Part shown: piece after piece, positions 54,646 through 64,000 of the stretch
Numbering within the stretch: the stretch's first letter is position 1
Layout: the number at the start of each line of letters is the position of its first letter
From: Lepidodermella squamata
Lineage: Eukaryota; Animalia; Gastrotricha
Direction: 5' to 3'
DNA length: 64,000 nucleotides
Assembly: GCA_047495785.1 (NCBI GenBank)
Contig: JBLDXI010000029.1
Coordinates: 1,674,001-1,738,000 of the forward strand
Notes under the pieces: generated by a model
The model's input: only the letters and a program-made list of their open reading frames with translations
Database searches by the model: none
Told to the model about the DNA's origin: nothing
Made by a program: the position numbers and the translations under genes

Positions 54646-57600
54646 TCATATAGTGTAGCTACACGTCGGCGGCTGTGTCCACGTGCCATCAGCCTGGCAG
54701 TAGATGGTAGGTTTGCCGACGAGGGTGCGGTCTTTCCGGATGCAGGTGTACGTCACCTGGGCGCCGTATTTCGTGTTTTTGCCGTTGTGCAGCGCGCAGT
54801 CGACCGTGGGAATGTCGCCGCAGTCTTGTAGGGATGAGCACGGTAACTCGCGGCCTTCCCACTGCCCGTCGGCGTTGCACATCATCTGGTACTGCGTGCG
54901 GCCGTCGTCCATCGCCCAGCCATCGCGGCACTTCACAGTCACGGCGGTTCCGCGAACGCCGGGTTCGTTCTTCATATTCGTGCCCGGAATGGTCTTAGGC
55001 GGGCAGCCGAGTACTTAAACACAGAAAAAATGTTATTTTTTCAGGATTATTTCCATTTAAGATTTAAGCGAAAATGTGTTGGTCGAAATTCTTGGGCTAA
55101 AAATAGCGTTTACGCTTGAAGAAAAAATCCATTTGGGTGACTACAACCATAAGGTGTCCAATGGGGATCCCAGCACTGATAAGCCTCGCTGGTTGCGGCT
55201 TCATTAGTCTGGAGAATCTGAAGAAATTTTGACCTAAACTGCTAAAATACCGAAAAATACCGAACCAATCGTGGATTTTCCGGGGTTTCGCCGGTAAATT
55301 TCAAATTTCCCTTAATTCGTGGATAATGGGCTATATGGATATAGATTCTTCAAAGGGTACTTTTTGGTTCAGGGAAATTAAGGAAAATTGTATTTGAGAC
55401 ACCCTATATTTAATTTCCCAGAGTATCTTAATAATTAACAAAATATTATAACGTGCCCCATATGATTTCTTAGTTGGCAAATGTTTGCAAAATATTCAAT
55501 ATTTATTTCAGAATGTAAAAATCATGGGTATTTCTCCTCCCGTTTCCGCGATTTTACCGACGAAATTTTAAAAATTACCGCGGTGAAAACCCGGAAAACC
55601 CCGATGGTAACTAGTTCGGTATTTTTCGGTATTTTACCCGATCGGACCAAATTTCTTCGGATTTTTTAATCCCATTGACTAGTGCCGTACTTGATGATCA
55701 GTCTCATGACGTTAGGAATTCTTCTAAGATTTTTCTGGCTATTGATGCGATTTTGGCCATCATTTTATACTTCTTTACCCCTTTCGCTACCTGTGGGACA
55801 CGCTGTAGCACAAAAACCTAATCAAATAATGCCTATGTTAAGCAATTTTCAGCCTTAAGAAATCAGGAATTGGAAGCTCCATCTGAAGGCTCAAAATTTG
55901 TTCAAAGATAATCAGGGAAATTGCGTTCATTTCAAGACGAAAATCCAATGATGCGGGAACTTACTCTTATTATATCGAGAAAAGTCGATGTGTAGGCATG
56001 GATAACCGGAGTAGCCGAGAACGTGCGCCCTCACGTATCGCGCCCTGATGCCAGTCAACGGGCACCATTGAACACCCAGGGCGTCGGAGTTGCCCGTATA
56101 TTCAACCCAAGACCCGTCGTTATTCCTCATCTCGCGCCACTGATTGCCGTCATTGCTATACGAAAATCCGAGTTTGGTCGTCCACTGATCCAAGGCGCGA
56201 CGACCCTGAACCACGTAGCCAGTCACCTCATATTGACCTCCGAGGTCCAGTTGGATATAGGACTGATTGCGGTCGCAGAAGGTCGGGCACCACGCCTCGA
56301 GATTGCTCGACCCGAATCGAGCGTTGTAGGGTGTTGTAGCCGGCATTGACCCGGCCAGATTGACCCCGGAGCAACCCGGGCATTTATTAGGGCCGTCCAT
56401 GATGATTGAAGATGAGGCGAATTTGCCACCAGCTGAGCAGCTAGATTCCGACCCGATCATTGGGACATTGGAAATGTAAGAGCTAGATGCGCGGTAATGA
56501 TTAGGGTGCGTAGACGTCACGTGACCAGTCAAGAATGACCCGTCGAATTGATGTCTCTCTAAAAATTGATATTAAAAAAAGTTGGCTATAAATTGCGAAA
56601 ATATAATTTGAAAAAGGGTGAATCCACGAGTGACGTACAGAGAAAAATCCACCACCTCGAGATGCTATAAGCGAGCTAGCGTTGGAATAGGCGATTCAGC
56701 ACCCATAAATTTATATTCATTGGAAAGAGGAGGATTTTTTGCGTCCTTGCGTACAAAATCTAAGCTGGAGACTAAACGGGCGTGACTTGGTCGACGGTAC
56801 AAAGTCGCGTGACAGACAGAGAAAAAAATCCAGCAATTTTGGGTTCGATTTTGCAAATTAGATTTCCTCTGAATTAAAGCGGTTGTAGGCTTCATTTTTC
56901 ATCCCATAATTCGCGTATAACGTCTAGTTTGTTTTCCGGTAAAAAATAAGGGCTAATCATCCATATTTTAATAGTGATGCCCGAAAAACGCCGTGACGTA
57001 CAGAGAAGCCCTAACGTGACGTACAGAGGACCATTTTTTAGATGTTACCTATCGTCGTAGCTTGCTCATATATCATCATCTGGGTATTTTTCGACGTCAT
57101 TTGACAGCAGCTAACTTATTGGCATATAATTCTGTGCTTGGTTTTGCACTTAAGCATGGAAGTTTCATTGGTCTAATTTTAGGCACTCGTGAGACCCCAC
57201 AAATTTAAGGAATCACGGTTTTTTCAATTTTACAGATAACCTAGTAAACCTTTTTGAGTTAAAACATCGTTTATAATGATTCTTAATGTTTCCGACCCTC
57301 TAAAAGCTACGTAGGTGCTACAATTATCGAATTTCATATTTTCACCTGCTGCAGCTTAGGCTAAAAAATACTGTTCACCAGCTTCGCGATAGAATTGAAC
57401 GCCTCAGGAGCACCGAACGGATCGAAAACATCGACAAATATATAGAACATAGTATAATAAGCAAAAAAACACTCATCCCATGGTTTAGGATCCTATTTGG
57501 GAGGTGCACGAGGCTGACGGGAAAGACTAAGATTTGACCATTTAGCACAAAATCTGGATAGGCTCATAATTAGGCTTCAAGCATTAGTTGGAACATCAAA

Positions 57601-60600
57601 AACGGTTTCTTTTAGTTAACTCTATGCCACTTGCCATTAAAATAACCATTTCCAGCCATTAGGATGATTTTTAAGAATTCAGGTGAACAGAAACGTTCCG
57701 TTGATAACCATTTCTCTGTACGTCACGATGAGAAAATCCTCTGTACGTCACGCACTTTTATCATCTCTGGGAGTTTTCTGCAGGCAGCCAAGTATCACAA
57801 AATGTTAATGAGGGTTCCAGGGAAGAGAATAAAAAGTTTTGGGCTGATTGGACCCGGTTCCACGGATTGGCGATGAAATTTCATTTTTTCCGTGACGTAC
57901 AGAGAAATTTGACCTAATTTGACATTACATGGTGTCGTTGCGTAATGAAACATCATGCAAGGTCGCGGGTACCTGCAAAACACTCGTCTCATATAGGCGG
58001 AAATAGTTACCCAGCCGTTGAAAGCTGGAAACACCTGGGCTTGAATAAGAATAAGGGCAAAAAACATGAAAAATTGACCCAAATTGGCTTCTTATACTGA
58101 GTTACGTAACAGAGTGTCAAATGTGTCAAAATCGGGTAATTTAGAGAAAATATTGCCAAAAAATGAAAGTTCAGATCACCAGCTTTCTAAAAATATATAA
58201 TATATGAGGCATATGCCAATTATATTTTTGAGCTCCCCAGTTGACAAGATCGTGGATTCACCCAAAAATCGAATTTAAAATTAAATTGAATTTCAAAAAT
58301 ATTCAATTTCCAAAAAATATAATTTGAATTTAATGGTTTAATTGAAATTAAAATTTCAGAATTCGGGAAAGTTCTTTTTTATGAGTCTTACCTATGCATG
58401 CGTAGTTGACCCATAAATATTGTGAGCAAAGTTGGCACGGACTATCAGCGCAGCTGGGTAGTAATAAATACCGACTGGCTAGGAACGAGCACGTTTGCTG
58501 GCCCTCGCACAGATTTTTCACCGTATCGTAGACATCAGTGAAGCCGCATTGAACAGGTGAGGCATTTGCATCGAATGTATTAGGCGACTTGCAGCTGAAT
58601 TCGTTGTTCCAGCCAATGCGGCCGAAATGAGCTGATACGAGCTTGATTTGCTTCGAACCGGTGCAACTGATCTGCGCTCGATCGCCGTGGCAAATTTGGA
58701 ACGTGTACACATCTATAAATTTCAGAGGAAAATCGAAAATAAATAAAAAACTGAAATGAAATTATTATAATGTATCATATAAGTTTATCGATTTTACTCG
58801 AGAATTAATAATTAAGTTTCTTTTCAATAAATAAATTGAAAATATTCACTTTTTCAAAATTTAGATTTTAAATTTCAGAAATTTCTCAAATTATTGAGCA
58901 TTTTTTAATTTTTCAACAATTATGATTAAAATAAGTATTCCTTGCCTAAATTAAACATTTATTATTATGATTTATTGAAAATTCGCACTTCAATTCACTT
59001 TCAAAAGGTAAAGAATTTTTTTAATTTCGAGATTGGAAAAATTTAGAAAAATCATAAACATCATAGATTTCCAATGGAAGCCACTGAACAAAAATTGTCA
59101 AAAATTCTCAGAAAAAAAATTCAAAAATTCAAAAACAAATTTTAAAATTAAAATTATGTCTAATGTTTTACCATTGCAAGTAGGCTGAGGCGGTGGCGGG
59201 CATGGTTCTTGGAACAAGTTCATGCCAACCGGAAATGCGTACGACTCGCGATCACCAGCACCATACAAAATACCCATAAAATTGGTACCAGCCGGGTTCT
59301 CCAAGACGTGCACCCCTTTACGCACCTTGACGTAGGCGCACGAATAATCCGGGTTAGCCGACCGTCTTACGCCGTAGATCGGCGCTCGATCACCGTCCAA
59401 CGTCAGCGAATTGACATCAGCCGACCGGACTGACATGAGGACGTAGTGTTTATAATCATTATCGCCACTTGCGTCAATGCCGGCGTATTCAACCGTCGAA
59501 AACGAGTAGCGATCGCGGTACTGTTCGATAGGCGGGATGATAACCATGGACGGGTCGCTCTTCTCAGCAGATCCTAGGCTTTCCTGACTCAGCGAGAAAG
59601 ACGTGACTAAAATAGGCTGGTTTGATTCTAGGTAGACGCATTCGTTAGATGGGATCAAAATCGTCGCGTATTGCCGTTTATCAAGTTGCTGAATGCTGAT
59701 TTTGCCCGACGCTTGTTGAATAGTTACCGAGGTGCCGTCGTTAGCAGCCACGATTTTGATGTAGTCGCCCACGGTTCGAGCCGGCGTTGACGTGAAAACA
59801 AATTTGCGGCCCCAGTTTTTGATTGGCGGGATTTGCTCGACCAAATGGTCCCGATTTGGATCCGGAACGCCCGGGTACCAGAGCGCAGTTCGAATGTTAC
59901 CGCTGAATAGAGCTAAAAATATTAAAAATAATTAAGAAACATTTTTTTTTTAAATTCAAGAAACAGGATTTAAATATTAGAATTTTCAAAAAATTTTGAA
60001 ATTTTCAATTTTTATTTTTTTTTATTTATTTTTTCTTACCGAAAGGACAGCTGCCCGTGATTCGAGTACCAGTGAGATCGGACTGTTTCTCCGAGTTGAT
60101 GATCAGCAACGAATCGTAGCGATTCAGCGTGACCTCAATAGTGTCCCCGTCGCAATAAACACGGCCATTAAACTCGACCTGAATCCTCTTCCACGGATGA
60201 AAATCGCTTCGGTCATATTTAGCACCAGCCAGTTCGATTTTAATCCGAGTGTTATCTTTAATCGCAGCAACGCCGAACTCGTTAGCCCACTGCGTCTCTG
60301 GAGCCCAGGTCACGGCGTAGTACTCTGTTCCGAGGGCTTGGATGGGCAGGCCGAGGAACCCGTCGACGGTGTAGGTCTCACGGTTGACACCGGTGACAAT
60401 CAGCTCGGCATTCGGGGGATCAATTGCGCGAACGATAATGACCTAAAATTCGTAGAAAAAATCCCGCAATAAAAAAATGATTTTATAATATTTAAAAAAT
60501 TTAAAAAATCCCATTATGAATTTTTTCCAAAAATTTTTAATTTTCATAAATTAAAATTTGAATTTTTAATTTTCATAAATTAAAATTTGAATTTTTAATT

Positions 60601-61487
60601 TTTCAAAATAAATTTCAATAATTTTTCATGGTCGAATTTCTCTTTTAAGCATAATTAAAATTTTGGACTTGAATTTTGTTTGATCAAACTTGGGTTTGAA
60701 ACCGCGAAATTTTACATTTTACTAAGAATTTCTGTTTACTCTTTCTCACCTTCGATTCAATACCAGCGTTGTCCATACGAAAATCGTTAGGTACAAGAAT
60801 TTTCTTAACATCGTCGCTATAGACAACCAACTGCTGGCTGAGGTAGGTCGACGAGCGCGGCGCCGTGATTTCAAACCGCACCGGCCTGTCCTTGGTCTGC
60901 GTGGTCACGTACACCTCAAGCGGGTAGCCCTTCGGCTGATCGGCCCTGTTCGCCATGAACATGATCGCAAACGCCGAGCCAACGTTATTGAACTGCGCGC
61001 CACAGTCCGCAAATTGCTGCTCCTCCAGCTGCATTTCGTCCGTAAAAATCCCAGCCGCTGTAACAGACTCGTTACCCGACGATATCGACGACGTCAATAT
61101 CGTGTAATTGCTTCGGGATTGGTGCTTTTCGTAGAAGACAAACGTGCCTTTCACAGGGTCGGAGCACGAGGCTGATTTTAGTATGCACCCTATTTGGTTG
61201 CTGTTCTCGTAGGATCCGTAGGAAAACCCGCGGCACACCTCCATGCCGTCGCAGTGGCTCGCGCATTCCTTGATGTCAAGCGGCATTACGACGTCATTCA
61301 ACGAATTGCCACGGCAATTTCCGTCGAAAAAACGATAGCCTAAAACTTCGGTTGTTATATGCTTCGCAACATGAGGAACATCTGCAAAAAAACATGATTA
61401 ATTCGGAATATTATCGAATTTATCGAAAAATTTACGTTCTGTGCCAATGACCCCTGAAAACAGAAGCCAGACGAGAAATCTAGCCAT
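54646..61487 (-). CDS. Secreted mosaic protein: PAN/apple, IgGFc-binding N-terminal domain, SUEL galactose-binding lectin, F5/8 type C (discoidin), two Sushi/CCP
   Basis: Signal peptide MARFLVWLLFSGVIG at 61487. Domains: ECASHC..CRGFSY (PAN); HLVEQIPP..WG, DPSMVIIPPIEQY, ESYAFPVG (IgGFc-binding); ISC..IKLVSAHFGR..CEGQQTC..YLWVNYAC (SUEL); AWCP..YIQLDLG..VQGR (F5/8); C..GA.V.Y.C..G...C...G.W..P.C (Sushi). Confidence 0.85.
55202..55684. mobile_element. Intronic MITE with long imperfect TIRs
   Basis: CATTAGTC...GACTAGTG ends; AAAATACCGAAAAATACCGAAC vs GTTCGGTATTTTTCGGTATTTT. Confidence 0.7.
56616..58263. mobile_element. Intronic non-autonomous TIR element (PIF/Harbinger-like GGG termini)
   Basis: Perfect 14-bp TIR GGGTGAATCCACGA / TCGTGGATTCACCC in an A-run. 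GTGACGTACAGAG occurs about 6 times, in both orientations. Confidence 0.78.
60541..60605. repeat. 29-bp intronic tandem duplication
   Basis: TTTTCATAAATTAAAATTTGAATTTTTAA x2. Confidence 0.85.
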
Positions 61488-64000
61488 TTTTTCCGTAAAA
61501 TACCTGAGAAAAATAACGACTGAGTTGTTATAAAGTCGAGAGTTTTATAATAAGTCCCAAGGTGTGAGCGGGAAATAACGTTAAAAAGTGAAAATTGAAA
61601 AATTTAGTTGCGCAAACAAAATTTTTTTTTCGCCATAGGTATATATTTATTTACTCGGCATAATTTTGGCGGCGGCGCATGGCGAGGACTTGCTGCTGAG
61701 CGCGCGAGCGCGCAAGACCGCAAAAATTGTGCGCTAATTAATTGTCGCGAGCGGTCGCCGAAAAATGGCGCGAGGATGTGATATACACAGCGCCGCAACA
61801 GGGCTACATCTTCTTTTTATTCAAACAAGTTGGTTTTTCGGCGGCTAAAAAATAATAACAAAAAGCGCGCGGCTCAGTGAGTGAGTGAGTGAGAGGCGAC
61901 AAAACTGTGCGCGGTTTTATTAATTGCGTGTAGTCTGTTTTGTACACCTTAAAAAGTAATATTGCGTGTGCGCGGTCTTTTAAGGCGGCTATTTTTCTGC
62001 GCGCAAAGTGGAGAAAAATAACAATTGCGTTTAAAAACACGAGCGGCCGGAAACAGTTTAAAAAGAGCGATCACCGCCCTGGTAATAATAGCTTTATCGA
62101 AAAACATTGTTATAAAAACTATCAATATATGAAAGAAAGTGAACAATGCTGTGTATTTTACGCGCTTTTTGGCAGGCGCAGGTAATAAAACGCGCGACGC
62201 GCACATGGCCGCATTTTTCGATAGGCGCGCTCGCTGAGCTTTGATTAATAATAAGAAGCGATTTTGATTGTTTTATTGTTGTTGTGTCGTGTTTTTGTTA
62301 TTTTGCAGGCTCCATTGTCTCAATAAAACGCCTGTTCACATATGAAAAATGCAGCATAAATATACACGGTGATTGATGATTAATGATTCTCTTGAACGCG
62401 CTCCCGGAAATCGCATCTATTCGCGCTCTTTCAAATTCACGTAGGGTTATTAGAAAAACAATGCGCCTTAATACGCGTATATATTTGCGTGTCTGATGCT
62501 TTTTGCGCGCACGCGCCCGACCTGATAATAAATAATAATAATCAGGCATAATCAAGCGCGGTGAGTTTAAAAATAATACACCTCTTCAAATCGCGGTGTG
62601 AAGCAAAAACAAGACACGCTGTCGCGATTTTTCGCATCCGGTTTTTTGGCGTCGACAAATTAATATGTTATTAATAAGTAATAAATTGATAATATTTACA
62701 TTCGCACTGTGCAATAAGTCAGGCGGTGGCGATTAATTTTTCGGGCCCGCCATGATGTGTCCCAATTGTTTTCCTGTTTATTGTTTTGCTAACGGTCGGT
62801 GCGCCAACAACAGCTTTTAATTGAAAAAATTATTCCGCTGTGAATTAAATCAAGCTAAATAACTAAATATTTTTTCCATCGTCGATTTTTATTGACAAAT
62901 TTTCGTAATACAAAGAGATTTTTTGAGCTTTCAGTTGTGCAGTGATTTTGTAACATTATTTGTTTGTTTTTCGATTTCAAGAGACAACCGAGAAATGAGG
63001 AGGCAATATCCGCCAATAACGATCGATAAATTGGAAGAAATTCTTGTTGAAAATTGCACATCATGAGAGGCATTTAGTAGAAAAATTAGCGCTAAATATA
63101 TGAACAACATTGCTATGTAAATTACACAAAAATCAAATCACACATTTTTTTGTATTGAAGATCAGACAGCCGTCATTAGTTGTCAAATTCTGCGAGCGGA
63201 GCCTCGCCATTTTTCGTGTAGAACGTGTATTGAGATGTGACAGGGTCGTAGCACGGACTGCTCTTCAAAACACAGCCTGGTCCAATTGCTGAATAGGCGA
63301 ATCCCTGAAACGAAAAATGATTAGTAAAATCACGGATTTAAGTTGATAAAAAAATATAATACAATTTTCACAGCCAAAAGAACTTAAAAAATCATAAAAA
63401 ATGTCTGGCAAAATTCTAGAAAATCGTGATTCTCGAAGTCATGACGAGGCCCGTGCATAATTTGTTTTTAATTTCCAATGAGTAGGTATGGGGTATGGGG
63501 AGCGAGTCCACCTCCCATTGCCCCTCCTGTCCCCTTACAACCGCGTGTAAACAAACGCCGGCCATAGTGGCACAAAGGGCAGTGCCGTGCATCCTCAGAG
63601 AGGCAGCCGGGGTACGAGAATTTTCGAACTCTCTTGCTGCGCGTTGCACTGGGCAAGTAATCCCATATTGTGGAGATTTGGTTCATTTATTTCGGTCACT
63701 CTTCCATGAAAATCGTTAAAAAATCGCGATAGCCAAAGCTCGCTTTGCTCGTATCTCACGATGTTCATCAGAAAACCAGCTAAAAATGGGGACATGCAAA
63801 TTTTGAAAAATTAATGCAAATTATTTGATATCTCGGACGCAGAGTTTTAAATTTACTATCAAATTCCCCTACACTGAAAAACAATAAATTAGCAGGGGTT
63901 GTAACGTAGCCAGGTAAAAATGTAGGTTTTGAGATCTTCAAGAGCCAGTGTTCAAAAGCCCGACCCTAAATGTATATAAATTATACATTTTCGGCGATTA

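Overview
Eukaryotic DNA from an invertebrate animal (many ~55-60 nt GT-AG introns; organism not identifiable from sequence alone). Left to right: (1) a multi-exon class C (GABA-B-like) GPCR surrounded by MITEs and a pogo/Tc2 relic; (2) a ~5.3 kb, all-plus-strand candidate tyrosine-recombinase (Crypton-like) mobile element with two iteron-like arrays, a small membrane-protein ORF, a shortened GEX1/Brambleberry/Kar5-like nuclear-fusion gene and a spliced Zn-finger + tyrosine recombinase gene; (3) an NHL/beta-propeller gene; (4) two tandem, probably N-acylated, divergent globins with a Cys-containing G-H insert, visible only after splicing; (5) a 30 kb cluster of five intronless class C GPCRs interleaved with six intronless ankyrin-repeat genes (soluble and tail-anchored), with nested DNA-transposon relics; (6) a Rab-like GTPase with the catalytic Gln replaced by Ile; (7) an SLC6 transporter; (8) a secreted PAN/IgGFc-binding/SUEL-lectin/F5-8/Sushi mosaic protein. 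Family assignments come from manual motif recognition and manual splicing; no database searches were run.
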